Below are positions 20,541-32,757 of a DNA stretch of 64,000 nt, piece by piece; position 1 is the first letter of the stretch; each line of letters opens with the position of its first letter. The notes beneath the pieces are model-generated. The model was given only the letters and a program-made list of their open reading frames with translations. It searched no databases and was not told where the DNA came from. The position numbers were made by a program, and so were the translations under genes. This stretch comes from an uncultured delta proteobacterium (GTDB lineage Bacteria > Desulfobacterota > Syntrophia > Syntrophales > UBA2192): contig CAVPJD010000026.1 of assembly GCA_963705165.1 (NCBI GenBank), forward strand, positions 33,862-97,861. The letters are read 5' to 3'.

Positions 20541-21782
20541 TCATTTCTGCAGAAACAGGTGAGCGTAAACCTTGGCGTTGCCCACCATGTTGGAAATCAG
20601 GCAGTACTCGTTGGGCTGGTGGGCCATGTGGCAATAACGCGACCAGACAGCCGCAGGGTAGTCGTGCTTGCGGAAAACAGCCGCTACGGTGCCCCCTCCG
20701 ACCCCCTTCGGTTGTGCCGCGACACCGTACACATCCCGTACGGCCTCTTTGAGGGCCAGGACCACAGGGGCATCGTGGGCCGTGGGCGCGGGGGCGTCGG
20801 ATTTCTGCACCGGCATGAGCCCGATTCTCACGTCGAACTTCTTTTCGATATCGTCGGCCATGCCCCGGATCGTTGCCAGGACCGTGTCGACGGGGTAGTC
20901 CGGCAGAATCCTGCAGTCCAGGTAGAAGACGTCCTCCCCCGGGATCGTGTTCACGTTGGGGACATTGGCGTCCTTTTTGGTCGGTTCGAAGGTGCTCTCG
21001 GGGGGCTCGTAGAGAGGATCCCGGGCATGGTAGATCACGCCCAGTTCGTCGAGTCGGACCACGAGATGCGAAGCGGCCCGGAATGCGTTCTTGCCGAGAG
21101 CGGGGCGGCTGGCGTGGCACTGTTTGCCCGAGGTCTGGATGCGAAGCCACAGCACGCTTTTTTCAGCCACCTCGATCATGGAGCCTTCCTCGTTGCCCGC
21201 GTCGGGCACGACGATGAGATCGGACCTGCGAAACCAGTCCCGGTTCGTTTCGAGGACATAGTCGAGACCGTAACCGCTCCCCGTCTCCTCGTCGGCGGCC
21301 AGCAGGACGGCGATGGATGACTCCGGCACGATTCCCTCGTCCAGGAATGCCTTTGCCGCAAACAGGGACGCCACAAGGTCCTGCTGGTTGTCCTCGGTGC
21401 CCCGTCCATAGACTTTACCGTCCCGGACGTAACCTTCGTAGGGGTCCCGCTCCCAGAGTTTCAATTCCCCCGGCGGCACGATGTCCGTGTGGGTCATGAC
21501 CCACACCGTGCGATCGGGGTTTTTCCCCGGAATCCGCGCGATGAGGTTCGGCCTGAGGCCGGTAGTGACCCTTCCGTCGGGCGCATCGCAGCTCTCTACA
21601 TGGGGAAAGCCCAGGTCGCGCAGGCAGCCGACGAGAAACTTCGCCTTCTCCATCTCGCCGTCGCCCCCGTTTTCCGGCGCCAGGGCCGGAATGGCCGTCA
21701 GTGCGATCTGCAGACGGATCATATCCTTCTCATACCCTTCGATCCGTTTTGCGATCCTTTGAAAAATTCCGCTCTCGATCAT
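20541..21782 (-). CDS. M20-family metallopeptidase (DapE/ArgE-like)
   Basis: HTDIVP, GRGTEDN, DEETG, HAS, AHQPNE. Confidence 0.88.
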   Translation of the reverse strand: MIESGIFQRIAKRIEGYEKDMIRLQIALTAIPALAPENGGDGEMEKAKFLVGCLRDLGFPHVESCDAPDGRVTTGLRPNLIARIPGKNPDRTVWVMTHTDIVPPGELKLWERDPYEGYVRDGKVYGRGTEDNQQDLVASLFAAKAFLDEGIVPESSIAVLLAADEETGSGYGLDYVLETNRDWFRRSDLIVVPDAGNEEGSMIEVAEKSVLWLRIQTSGKQCHASRPALGKNAFRAASHLVVRLDELGVIYHARDPLYEPPESTFEPTKKDANVPNVNTIPGEDVFYLDCRILPDYPVDTVLATIRGMADDIEKKFDVRIGLMPVQKSDAPAPTAHDAPVVLALKEAVRDVYGVAAQPKGVGGGTVAAVFRKHDYPAAVWSRYCHMAHQPNEYCLISNMVGNAKVYAHLFLQK

Positions 21783-21791
21783 ATCGCGCCT

Positions 21792-23213
21792 TCAGTTCAC
21801 CCGTTTCACCGTGCCGAAAGATTTGAGGGCCTCATCGAACTTGCTCTCGTCGCCGAGGACGAATACCGTCCTTCTTTCCGGGTCGAGATATTTCTCTGCG
21901 ACCTTCAGGATATCTTCCCGGCTCACCGCATCAATCATCGAGGGATAGTCGGTCAGGAATTTTGTCGGTAACCCCAGGAACTCGAGCATCATGTACTGGA
22001 AAGCAATCATGTGGGGCGAGGTAAAGGAGAATATGTAGCTGTTCACGATGGATCGCTTCGCGAGGTGCAAATCCTGAGCCGGGACCCTCGATTCCCTGGC
22101 ATCCTTCAGGATCCCTTCCATCAGAGAAAGGACCTGGCCCGTGGACTCCGATTTCGTCATCGCATAGGCCCCGAAGGAGCCGTAGCCCTGGCGTCCTTCG
22201 TAAAAGCTCCCCGCGCTGTATGCCAGTCCACGGTTGCTCCGGATTTCCTGAAAGATCCGGGAGCGGAAACCGCCGCTGCCCAGCAGGTAATCGAGAACCG
22301 TGAAGGGAAAGAAATCGGGCGACTCCTTTCCCGGGCCGATGGCTCCAATGATCACCGTCGACTGGGGCACTTTCTTTTGAAAGAAGAAGAGGGGGGCGTT
22401 CTCCTGCGGTTTCGGGAGCGGCGCAGTCCCGAAGTCACCCTCGTCGTCCCAATCCCCGAAATGACGGCTGATCAGGTCGACGGCCTCCTGCTTCGAGATG
22501 TCACCCGTGACGGCAATCCGGAGGTTTCGAGGAAAGAAATAGGACTTGTGGAACGACGCAAGATCATCCCGTTCGATCTTCTCGATGGATGCAATGACGG
22601 GCAAGCGCCCGCGTGGGTTGTCCGCGTAAATGGCTTTCTTGAATTCCCGGAATGCCAGCCTCTGGGGCTTGTCGAAAACCCTCCGAAGCTCCTCGATCTT
22701 GAGGTTCTTTTCCTGGTCGAGCTTTGCCTCGTCAAAGGTGGGAACCCGGATGATATCTGCAAAGATTTTGAAGGCCCGGTTCAAGTCCTTTTTCAATACA
22801 GAGAGGCTTCCCGTGCCGTATTCCATGCCCAGGCTGATGGAGATCGGGGCAGCAAGGTACTCCAGTTCTTCGTCGACCTTGTCTCCGGTGAGCTTGGCGG
22901 CACCTCCAGTACGCATGACGTCGCCCGTCATCTCGGCAAGCCCCTCCTTTCCGGGAGGCTCGAAGACGGAGCCGGCGCCGACGACGAAGGAAATATTGAC
23001 CAGAGGCAGCTCCCGGTCCCCCATGTAGTATACGGTGAGACCGTTCTCGAGAACGACCCTTTCCGGCTTGGGCGGCGAAAACTTGATCTCCTCGTAGCTA
23101 AGCCGGTCAGGGTCCGCCCAGGACGCAGGCTTTGGCTGTTCAACTTGCTCGGCCAGGCCGAGACCCGTTGAAATCAGCAGGATGACAAGACTGAGGACAA
23201 GGGTTCTTTTCAC
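21792..23213 (-). CDS. M16-family peptidase, non-catalytic-type subunit
   Basis: LENGL, R..RGLAY motif; lacks HxxEH; paired with next gene. Confidence 0.85.
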   Translation of the reverse strand: MKRTLVLSLVILLISTGLGLAEQVEQPKPASWADPDRLSYEEIKFSPPKPERVVLENGLTVYYMGDRELPLVNISFVVGAGSVFEPPGKEGLAEMTGDVMRTGGAAKLTGDKVDEELEYLAAPISISLGMEYGTGSLSVLKKDLNRAFKIFADIIRVPTFDEAKLDQEKNLKIEELRRVFDKPQRLAFREFKKAIYADNPRGRLPVIASIEKIERDDLASFHKSYFFPRNLRIAVTGDISKQEAVDLISRHFGDWDDEGDFGTAPLPKPQENAPLFFFQKKVPQSTVIIGAIGPGKESPDFFPFTVLDYLLGSGGFRSRIFQEIRSNRGLAYSAGSFYEGRQGYGSFGAYAMTKSESTGQVLSLMEGILKDARESRVPAQDLHLAKRSIVNSYIFSFTSPHMIAFQYMMLEFLGLPTKFLTDYPSMIDAVSREDILKVAEKYLDPERRTVFVLGDESKFDEALKSFGTVKRVN

Positions 23214-24739
23214 GGCTTCTCCTTCTTCTTCAGGACGGCCACGGTGCGGTTCTCTTCGGTCAGGTATTTCTTTGCCGCCGCCATGATGTCCTTTGGCGTG
23301 ACCTTTTCGATCATCTCGACGTATCGAGTCATATATCGATAATCGCCTGTAATGATCTCATAGTAGGACAGCCGGCTCGCCAGGCCGGAATTCGAGCTGA
23401 GATCGCGGATGAATTCCGCCCGAAGCTGGTTGATGATCTTCTCCAGTTCCTGCTTCTTCACCGGTTCCTTTTTGAGCTTGTCGATCTCTTCGTATACGGC
23501 CTGTTCCAGTTCTTCCGCAGTGTGGGGGTGTCGAGGTGTCCCCGTGACCATGAAGAGATTGGAATAGCGGGCTGCCGGCATCCCGTTGGCGGCACTCACG
23601 TCCTCGGCGATCTGCTTGCCCTGAACGATGGATCGGTGGAAGCGGGAGGTTCGGCCCTTTGAAAGGAGGGCTTCAATGACTTCGAATACATAGTCTTCGA
23701 ACGAGGGGAGGGTCGGTTTGTGCCAACCGATGATGAGATGCGGGTTTGCCTCGGCGACGAGTTCCATCCTTTTCTCCCCGCCTTGCGTCGGCTCCTTGGT
23801 CACATGATGACTTTCAAGCTTGTGTGAGGGGATGGAGCCGAAATATTTTTTTACAATCTCAAGCGTTTTCGCCGTATTGATGTCTCCCACGATGGCGATG
23901 ACCGTGTTGTTCGGTGAATGGTATTGCTTGAAGAAGGCCTCCAGATAGTCCGGCGTAAGAAAGGATATATCCGACGCCCACCCGATGATGGGCCGCCGGT
24001 ATGGGCTGGCGGTGAAGGCCGTGGCCAGGAACAGCTCCATCAGCTTGCGGGAGGGGACCGACTCGTAGGTCTGGCGGCGCTCCTCCTGGACGACATCGCG
24101 CTCCGTGTAGAACTCCCTCAGTACAGGGTTCGTCATCCGGTCGGCCTCAATGCGGGCCCAGAGTTCGATCCGGTTCGCCGGCAGGCTCACCTGGTAGGTC
24201 GTTACATCCTGACCCGTCGAGGCATTGAGGCCCACAGCCCCGCTTTCCGAGTAGAGCCGATCGATCTCGTTTTCGACGATCCACTCCTTGGCCTCGCTCT
24301 GGAGCTCCTTGAGCTCCTTCGCCAGTCTCGTCACCTCGGCCTCGTCGGCACGGGCCCCTTTCATCCGTTCGCGGTCAAGCGCCGTCCCCGTCTCGCGTAT
24401 TTTTTTCAGGACTCTCTCTTCTTCCCTGAAGTTCTTTGCCCCGATGGTCGACGTGCCCTTGAAGAGCATATGCTCGAGAAAATGGGCGGCGCCCGTCTTG
24501 CCCTCTCCATCGTCGACAGCACCCACCAGGTAGCGGATGTAGAGGGATACGGTGGGGCTCGTGTGCCGTTCCACCAACAGGACGCGCAGACCGTTTTCCA
24601 GGGTGACCCTCTGGACGCGATCTTCCAGGTTGTAGGCATGAAGCGCGCCGGGTGATGCGGTAAGAAGAACCGCCCCCAGCAGAAGGAAGGTTACAAAACG
24701 ACGGGAAACGGCTTTGGGGCCTTGACTCGATACACTCAT
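23210..24739 (-). CDS. M16-family zinc peptidase, catalytic subunit
   Basis: HFLEHMLFKG, NAST, VQEERR; signal peptide. Confidence 0.9.
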   Translation of the reverse strand: MSVSSQGPKAVSRRFVTFLLLGAVLLTASPGALHAYNLEDRVQRVTLENGLRVLLVERHTSPTVSLYIRYLVGAVDDGEGKTGAAHFLEHMLFKGTSTIGAKNFREEERVLKKIRETGTALDRERMKGARADEAEVTRLAKELKELQSEAKEWIVENEIDRLYSESGAVGLNASTGQDVTTYQVSLPANRIELWARIEADRMTNPVLREFYTERDVVQEERRQTYESVPSRKLMELFLATAFTASPYRRPIIGWASDISFLTPDYLEAFFKQYHSPNNTVIAIVGDINTAKTLEIVKKYFGSIPSHKLESHHVTKEPTQGGEKRMELVAEANPHLIIGWHKPTLPSFEDYVFEVIEALLSKGRTSRFHRSIVQGKQIAEDVSAANGMPAARYSNLFMVTGTPRHPHTAEELEQAVYEEIDKLKKEPVKKQELEKIINQLRAEFIRDLSSNSGLASRLSYYEIITGDYRYMTRYVEMIEKVTPKDIMAAAKKYLTEENRTVAVLKKKEKP

Positions 24740-24960
24740 GAGGGTCTGTCTTTCTCCTTGCAGATTCTCCAGAGGCGAAAGGCCGCATAAAGAATGCCTG
24801 CGCCGCTGATGAGGATGATGAAATTGGACGAGAAAAAGAGCATGATGAACTCCTGAGGATTCTTCAGGCCGTAAGCGGAAAGCAGAAGGGTGATCCCCCA
24901 GAACAGAAAGAACGAAGAAACGACTCCGATCAGGATGTCTCTAATGCACAGGATCATCAT
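24736..24960 (-). CDS. small two-TM membrane protein
   Basis: two hydrophobic segments; ATGA overlap with peptidase gene. Confidence 0.7.
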   Translation of the reverse strand: MMILCIRDILIGVVSSFFLFWGITLLLSAYGLKNPQEFIMLFFSSNFIILISGAGILYAAFRLWRICKEKDRPS

Positions 24961-25061
24961 AAACGTTTGCGCCGGCTTTCCCGGTTGGTCCGGAACCCCC
25001 TGCCTGGGCAGGGTAATTTTTCGGTCATTATGACGAAGCGGGCGGAAAAATTCAATCTATT

Positions 25062-26435
25062 TCAATGGGATCCCCTTTCCTGCAGGCCAAGCCTCGTGCG
25101 GCTTTTCAAAGCCTGAAAGTCCGCCGTCGAGATGTCTGGCCTCAAACAGGGAAGAAGGGAGTTGTTGTGGAACAGGGGCTCTTTCCCGATATCGTACCGG
25201 GAGTGTCGGAGGGCCTCGCCCCAGAGGGGTGTGCCGGGAATCGGTGAATACTCGGCGAGGATCGGTTTTGCCCCGATTCCCCGCACAAGGTCGATACCCG
25301 TTTCGATTTCCCTCGCTTCCTGCCCCGGAAGGCCGCAGAGCAAATAGACGCCGATGTCCGCCCGCCCGTAGCCCGCTTCCTGCAGGTACGCAACGGACTG
25401 GCGGAGCTCTTCTGTCGTTATCTTGCCCCCCGTTGCCGCCTGCCTCGACGCTGAAGCGCTCTCGAAGCCGAAACGTATCGTCCGAAATCCGGCCCCGAAG
25501 AGAAGCTTCGCCAGGCGGGGGGTAATCTCCCGGAGGTGCAGGCCGTTGGGGCAGTGGAAATTTACCTCCAGGCCCCGTCGAAGAACCTCTTCGAGCATCG
25601 GGACAGCCCTGTCCGTCGAGTTCACCAGCAGGGCGTCATCATAGAAGACAAAATTCCGGACACCGCGGGTCCGGCTCCAGTGTTCGATTTCGTCGACGAC
25701 CCGGAAGGGGTCCCGGATCCGGAATCCCCGGTTGAGGAGGTTTGAGGCGCAGTAGCTGCACCGATAAGGACAGCCCCTGGATGTCAGGATGGGGACCGCA
25801 TCCAACTGGCCGATGAGATCCAGGGCAGGGTAAGGGTAGCTGTCGAGAGCGCTTCCGTCGAAGGCGAAATCGATTCGGGCGCCGAACAGATCCCCGAGAA
25901 CGGGGGGCAGCGCAAACTCCCCGTCGCCGGCTATGACGACATCGGCCCCCGAGAAGGCCCGGGCGTGATCCGTGCAAAGGGTCGCATAGTTCCCGCCCAG
26001 AAGGACCGTTACGCCGGGCCACACCGTCCGGACTTCCCTGATGGCCTCGACGACACCGGGGTACCAGTAGGTCATCATGGAACCGACCAGGACGAGGTCG
26101 GGCCTGCCGGCGGTTGCAAGAATCTGCTGGAGCTCTTTCGGTGACAGGCCGTACCGACGGTACCGCCTGCGGATCGGCCGGAGTGCCTCCGGCTTCGGAA
26201 TCTCCTCGCTGGGAAACTTTCCGCAACCCCAATCTTGACGCTTCCGGGTCCCGGGTTGACCCCTTGGAGCCCAACCCGTTGGAAAGGAATTCAGGCAATC
26301 GATCATCTGAACCTTGAAACCGGACTGGCGCAGGAGTGCTGCCAGAGTGAGAAGACCCAGCGGCCTCACCCAGAAATCATAAGCGGAAAAGTCATGAATC
26401 CATGGGTTAATGAGGTAAATCTTTTTATTCTGCAT
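25062..26435 (-). CDS. B12-binding-domain radical SAM protein
   Basis: PLGLL, LGGNYAT, TSRGCPYRCSYC, FYDDAL, RFGFES. Confidence 0.88.
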   Translation of the reverse strand: MQNKKIYLINPWIHDFSAYDFWVRPLGLLTLAALLRQSGFKVQMIDCLNSFPTGWAPRGQPGTRKRQDWGCGKFPSEEIPKPEALRPIRRRYRRYGLSPKELQQILATAGRPDLVLVGSMMTYWYPGVVEAIREVRTVWPGVTVLLGGNYATLCTDHARAFSGADVVIAGDGEFALPPVLGDLFGARIDFAFDGSALDSYPYPALDLIGQLDAVPILTSRGCPYRCSYCASNLLNRGFRIRDPFRVVDEIEHWSRTRGVRNFVFYDDALLVNSTDRAVPMLEEVLRRGLEVNFHCPNGLHLREITPRLAKLLFGAGFRTIRFGFESASASRQAATGGKITTEELRQSVAYLQEAGYGRADIGVYLLCGLPGQEAREIETGIDLVRGIGAKPILAEYSPIPGTPLWGEALRHSRYDIGKEPLFHNNSLLPCLRPDISTADFQALKSRTRLGLQERGSH

Positions 26436-26616
26436 CCGTGTTCAATGCGCCTGCGTCCCTGATTTCAGGATACGGGAGTATATCAAAGGAACCCGAACAC
26501 GGCAAGAAGCGACACTTTTTCCAGAAAAGGCTTGAAGGGAAAAAGGATAATTGCTAACATGCCGCAACGACCGACAGGGGGTCCCGAACGGCTGAAGCCT
26601 TCCGCCGTGCGGTCTT

Positions 26617-27072
26617 ATGAAAGCCGTCATCCAGAGAGTCGACAGTGCATCGGTAAGCATCGACGGGATTGAGATCTCGCGCATTGGCGCGGGGCTTCTC
26701 GTCCTGCTCGGGGTCGAGAAGGGTGACGGCGAGAAGGACGCCGATTTTCTCCTCGACAAGATGATCCACCTGCGCATTTTCGAGGATGACGAGGGGAAGA
26801 TGAACCTTTCCCTTCTCGATGTATCCGGCGAACTCCTCGTGGTGTCTCAGTTTACCCTGCTGGCGGACTGCCGCAAAGGGAGGAGACCCTCCTTCACGGA
26901 TGCAGCCGAACCGGCTGCGGCCACAAAGCTCTATGAATACATGCTCTCAAAGGCGAGGGAGAAGGTGACGAAGGTCGGGCAGGGGCAGTTCCAGGCCATG
27001 ATGAAAGTGGGACTCGTCAACCATGGGCCGGTCACAATCCTTTTGGACAGCAGGAGAGAAGAGAAAAGGTGA
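26617..27072 (+). CDS. dtd: D-aminoacyl-tRNA deacylase
   Basis: MKAVIQRV, SQFTL, GRRPSF, NHGPVT. Confidence 0.96.
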   Translation: MKAVIQRVDSASVSIDGIEISRIGAGLLVLLGVEKGDGEKDADFLLDKMIHLRIFEDDEGKMNLSLLDVSGELLVVSQFTLLADCRKGRRPSFTDAAEPAAATKLYEYMLSKAREKVTKVGQGQFQAMMKVGLVNHGPVTILLDSRREEKR

Positions 27073-27560
27073 CAATAAAGATCAAAGCGGATGAGCTTCC
27101 TCCCAGCTTTATCCGTATCGACAAGGAGGGGGTCTGGTACTACAAGGGCAACGAGATGTTTCGCAAGGACATCGTGAAGCTCTTTTACCAGAACCTGAAG
27201 CGGGACGAATCGGGGAGTTACTACATCGATCTCGAAAACGACCTGGCGTCCCTCGACGTGGAGGACACGGCCTATGTCGTAACAGCCGTCAACAAACTCG
27301 GGTCCCCGGCCGAGGGCAACGAGCGGATCTCCGTGCTGCTGAATGACGAAACCCTGGAGGAACTGAATTGCAAGTCCCTCCGGATCGGAAAAGATAACAT
27401 TCTGTATTGTACCGTCAAATCCGACGGCCATGAAGCCCGGTTCCTGCGGACAAGCTACTACCAGATCGCAGAGTTTTTCGACTACGACGATGCCGGGGAT
27501 TGCTATTTCCTGCCCCTGAACGGCACGCGGTATCCCATCAAGGATCACGGCAGTCACTGA
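27069..27560 (+). CDS. DUF1285-like hypothetical protein
   Basis: IRIDKEGVWYYKG, VEDTAY, ARFLRTSYYQ pattern; coupled to dtd. Confidence 0.7.
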   Translation: MTIKIKADELPPSFIRIDKEGVWYYKGNEMFRKDIVKLFYQNLKRDESGSYYIDLENDLASLDVEDTAYVVTAVNKLGSPAEGNERISVLLNDETLEELNCKSLRIGKDNILYCTVKSDGHEARFLRTSYYQIAEFFDYDDAGDCYFLPLNGTRYPIKDHGSH

Positions 27561-27601
27561 CCCCCGGGCAGGAATGTGGCGCAAATCCCTTTCCTGAATA
27601 G

Positions 27602-29083
<1,482 letters not shown>

Positions 29084-29117
29084 GTGCTCATCCGTCAGCG
29101 TCTCCAGGCATGATCAA

Positions 29118-29153
29118 GAGGCGGGGGTTACCGGTTTGGAACCCCGCTTTTTT
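29118..29153 (+). terminator. intrinsic terminator after guaB
   Basis: GCGGGG...CCCCGC hairpin followed by T6. Confidence 0.75.
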
Positions 29154-29258
29154 GTTGCTCAATGATTGATTTTTCTCACACGACCGGTGTATGATCAACT
29201 GGACAGCCTGGCGATCACTTCACATATATATCATTTTAAATCAGTGGGTTAACACTTC

Positions 29259-32200
29259 ATGAAGCACGTCGATTTCGTCCATCTTCATAACCACACCCAG
29301 TACAGTCTCCTGGACGGTACCATCCGTCTTGCCGACCTGTTCAAGAAGGCCCGGGACTACAAGATGCCCGCCGTTGCCATCACGGACCACGGCAACATGT
29401 ACGGAGCCGTTGATTTCTACCAGCAGGCTTACAAGGCCGGGATCAAGCCCATCATCGGATGCGAACTTTACGTGGCGCCGAAGAGCCGGTTCGACAAAGC
29501 CTCCGAGGGACCGGGGGAGACGGCGCGGCACCTGATCGTCCTGGCCAAAAACCTTCAGGGTTACCGGAACCTGATCAAGCTCACCTCTTCCGGATTTCTC
29601 GAGGGATTCTACTACCGCCCGCGCGTCGACAAGGAGCTCCTGGCAAAGCACAGCGAGGGGCTCATTGCCACGAGTGCCTGTCTGCACGGAGAGGTCGCCG
29701 ACGGGATCCTCAAAGGGGATATCGAAAGGGCCAAGGCATCGGCGAGGCAGTATCGCGAGATCTTCGGCGAGGGGAATTACTACCTCGAGATGATGGAGAA
29801 CGGAATTCCCGAACAATCCCTCGTCAATGAAAAACTGATGGAAATCTCTAAGGAATTGTCTATCCCCCTCGTTGCGACCAACGATTGCCACTACCTCGAG
29901 CGGACCGACTCCGAGGCCCACGAGGTTCTCCTGTGCATCCAGACGGGCAAGAACATGGACGACACGGGGCGCATGCGGTTCGCAACGGACGCCTTCTATC
30001 TCAAATCGCCCGACGAGATGAAACAGCTTTTCGCGTATTGCCCGGAAGCCATCGAGAACACGGTTGCCATCGCCGAGAAGTGCAATCTCAAACTCGACTT
30101 CAACCAGATATTCCTGCCGCACTTCGAAATCGGTCAGGGTCGCTCTCTGGACGAGCATCTGCAGGTCATGGCAAAGGCAGGCCTCGAGAAGCTTATGCCC
30201 AAAATTCTTCACGGCAAGGATCCCTCACTGAGACAGAAGTACGATAAACGCCTCGAGCGGGAGCTGGACATCATCAAGTCCATGGGTTTTGCCGGCTACT
30301 TCCTCATTGTCTCCGATTTCATCAACCACGCAAAGAGCCGGGAAATCCCCGTCGGCCCCGGCCGCGGGTCCGCGGCGGGAAGTCTCGCGGCTTACGCCAT
30401 CGGGATCACCGAGATCGACCCGATTCGTTACGGCCTTTTTTTCGAGCGGTTCCTGAACCCGGACCGCAAGAGCATGCCTGACATCGACACCGATTTCTGC
30501 ATGGAGGGCCGCGACGAGGTCATCCGGTATGTCTCCGAGAAATACGGCACCGACCGTGTGGCCCAGATCATCACCTTCGGGAAGATGCAGGCCAAAGCGG
30601 TCATCCGCGATGTGGGGCGCGCACTGAACATGCCCTACGGCGAGGTGGATCGGATCGCCAAGCTCGTCCCCAACGTCCTGAACATCACCCTGGAGGACGC
30701 CATCAAGCAGGAGCCCCTGCTCAGGGAGGAGCAGAAGAAGAACGACAAGGTGCGCAGGCTCCTCGTTCTGTCACGCTCCCTGGAAGGCCTCAACCGCCAT
30801 TCCTCGACCCACGCCGCAGGGGTGGTCATCTCCGACAAGCCTCTCGTCGAGAGGGTTCCCCTGTGCAAGAGCCCCAATGGCGATATTGTGACCCAGTTTT
30901 CCATGAACGATCTCTCGGCCGCGGGGCTCACGAAATTCGATTTCCTTGGCCTCAAGACGCTCACGGTCATCCGCGATGCCCTGAAGTTCATCTTGGAAGG
31001 GAAGGGCGTCAGGATGGACATCTCCGACATCCCCCTGGACGACCGGAAGACCTTCCAGCTCCTCTCCAAGGGAGAGACCGACGGGGTGTTCCAGCTGGAA
31101 AGCCGGGGCATGAAAGAGATCCTTGTCGGCATGAAACCGGACTGTTTCGAGGACATCATCGCGCTCATCGCCCTCTACCGCCCGGGCCCCCTGAAAAGCG
31201 GCATGGTCCAGGAATTCATCTCCCGCAAACAGGGCAAGACGAAGAGCACCTACGAGGTGCCCTCGCTCGAGCCCATCCTGAAGGAGACCTATGGGGTCAT
31301 CCTCTACCAGGAGCAGGTCATGCAGATCGCCAGCGCCCTGGCGAGCTACACCATGGGCGAGGCCGACACATTCCGCAAGGCCATGAGCAAGAAGAACTCT
31401 TCCGAGATGGAGAAGGAAAAGCCCAAGTTCCTCGCCGGGGCCCACAAGAACAAGATCCCCGAGGCGAAGGCCCGAAAGATCTTCGATCAAATGGAAACCT
31501 TTGCCGGCTACGGGTTCAACAAGTCCCACAGCGCAGCTTATGCGATGATTTCCTACCAGACGGCCTACCTGAAGACTCATTACCCGGTGGAATTCATGGC
31601 GGCGCTGCTGACCAGCGAGAAAGGGAACCGCGACAAGGTCATCAAACACATCAGCGTCTGCAAAGATATGGGAATCAACGTCCTGCCTCCCGACATCAAC
31701 CAGTCGGTCCTCGACTTCGGCGTCGACGGGGGCAACATCCGTTTCGGGCTTGCCGCCGTTAAGAATGTTGGGGAGAGCGCTATAGAATCCATCATTGAAT
31801 CGAGAGACAATGAAGGATCCTTCAAGTACTTTCTCGATTTCTGCTCTCGCGTGGACCTCCGGAAAATCAACAAGAGAGTCGTGGAGAGTCTCATCAAGTG
31901 CGGCGCCTTCGATTCCTTGCACTACAAGAGGCGCCAGCTCATGGAAAACTTCGAGCGGGTCATGGATATCGGACAGAAGGTCCAGGATCAGAAGCTCAGT
32001 GACCAGACGAACCTTTTCGACGGACCCGACAGCGGCTCGGAGGGACCGGCATACACCGAAAAAGACCTGCTGCCCGAGACCGAAGAGTGGGAGCACGGAG
32101 AGATCCTCGCAAATGAAAAGGAAACCATCGGGTTCTACATTACGGGGCACCCGCTGCTGAGGTACGCAGACAAGCTGAAACTCATCACCGATGCCGACTC

Positions 32201-32726
32201 GGAGCGCATCTCGGAGTTGCGGGACAAGGACACGGTGACCGTGGCGGGTATTGTCAGTCAAAAGCGCGAGATCCCGACCAAGAATAAAGACACGATGGCC
32301 TACGTGACCATCGAAGACCTCAAAGGTTCCTATACGGGGATCGTATTCTCCGATATATACAGAAATTACAAAGAGTTAATCGACTCTGACGACCCGCTTC
32401 TCTTCAAGGGAACCCTCGATGTCACCGAGGAGAGCTGCCGCCTGATCGTCTCGGAAGTCCACCGGCTCACGGAGTACAACGGAGTGAGCTTCAGTTCCAT
32501 CCATGTCGTCTTCGACGCAAACCGTATGGATGAAAGCCACCTGGGCCTGTTACGGGAGATATGCCGGAAGTACCCCGGCAAGCACGACTGCTACCTGCAT
32601 CTCATCCTCCAGAACCAGAGTGAGACGGTCGTGTATCTGGGCAACGAGTCCAAGATCAACATCTCGCAGCCCTTGAAAGAGGAGGTCGAGCGCCTGCTCG
32701 GCCCGGGATCGACAACATTGCACTGA
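29259..32726 (+). CDS. dnaE: DNA polymerase III alpha subunit
   Basis: HLHNHTQYSLLDG PHP domain, GRGSAAGS, MPDIDTDF, YGFNKSH, OB fold; no intein seen. Confidence 0.98.
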   Translation: MKHVDFVHLHNHTQYSLLDGTIRLADLFKKARDYKMPAVAITDHGNMYGAVDFYQQAYKAGIKPIIGCELYVAPKSRFDKASEGPGETARHLIVLAKNLQGYRNLIKLTSSGFLEGFYYRPRVDKELLAKHSEGLIATSACLHGEVADGILKGDIERAKASARQYREIFGEGNYYLEMMENGIPEQSLVNEKLMEISKELSIPLVATNDCHYLERTDSEAHEVLLCIQTGKNMDDTGRMRFATDAFYLKSPDEMKQLFAYCPEAIENTVAIAEKCNLKLDFNQIFLPHFEIGQGRSLDEHLQVMAKAGLEKLMPKILHGKDPSLRQKYDKRLERELDIIKSMGFAGYFLIVSDFINHAKSREIPVGPGRGSAAGSLAAYAIGITEIDPIRYGLFFERFLNPDRKSMPDIDTDFCMEGRDEVIRYVSEKYGTDRVAQIITFGKMQAKAVIRDVGRALNMPYGEVDRIAKLVPNVLNITLEDAIKQEPLLREEQKKNDKVRRLLVLSRSLEGLNRHSSTHAAGVVISDKPLVERVPLCKSPNGDIVTQFSMNDLSAAGLTKFDFLGLKTLTVIRDALKFILEGKGVRMDISDIPLDDRKTFQLLSKGETDGVFQLESRGMKEILVGMKPDCFEDIIALIALYRPGPLKSGMVQEFISRKQGKTKSTYEVPSLEPILKETYGVILYQEQVMQIASALASYTMGEADTFRKAMSKKNSSEMEKEKPKFLAGAHKNKIPEAKARKIFDQMETFAGYGFNKSHSAAYAMISYQTAYLKTHYPVEFMAALLTSEKGNRDKVIKHISVCKDMGINVLPPDINQSVLDFGVDGGNIRFGLAAVKNVGESAIESIIESRDNEGSFKYFLDFCSRVDLRKINKRVVESLIKCGAFDSLHYKRRQLMENFERVMDIGQKVQDQKLSDQTNLFDGPDSGSEGPAYTEKDLLPETEEWEHGEILANEKETIGFYITGHPLLRYADKLKLITDADSERISELRDKDTVTVAGIVSQKREIPTKNKDTMAYVTIEDLKGSYTGIVFSDIYRNYKELIDSDDPLLFKGTLDVTEESCRLIVSEVHRLTEYNGVSFSSIHVVFDANRMDESHLGLLREICRKYPGKHDCYLHLILQNQSETVVYLGNESKINISQPLKEEVERLLGPGSTTLH

Positions 32727-32757
32727 CATTGAAGCGCTACCCATTGATCCTATCGGA

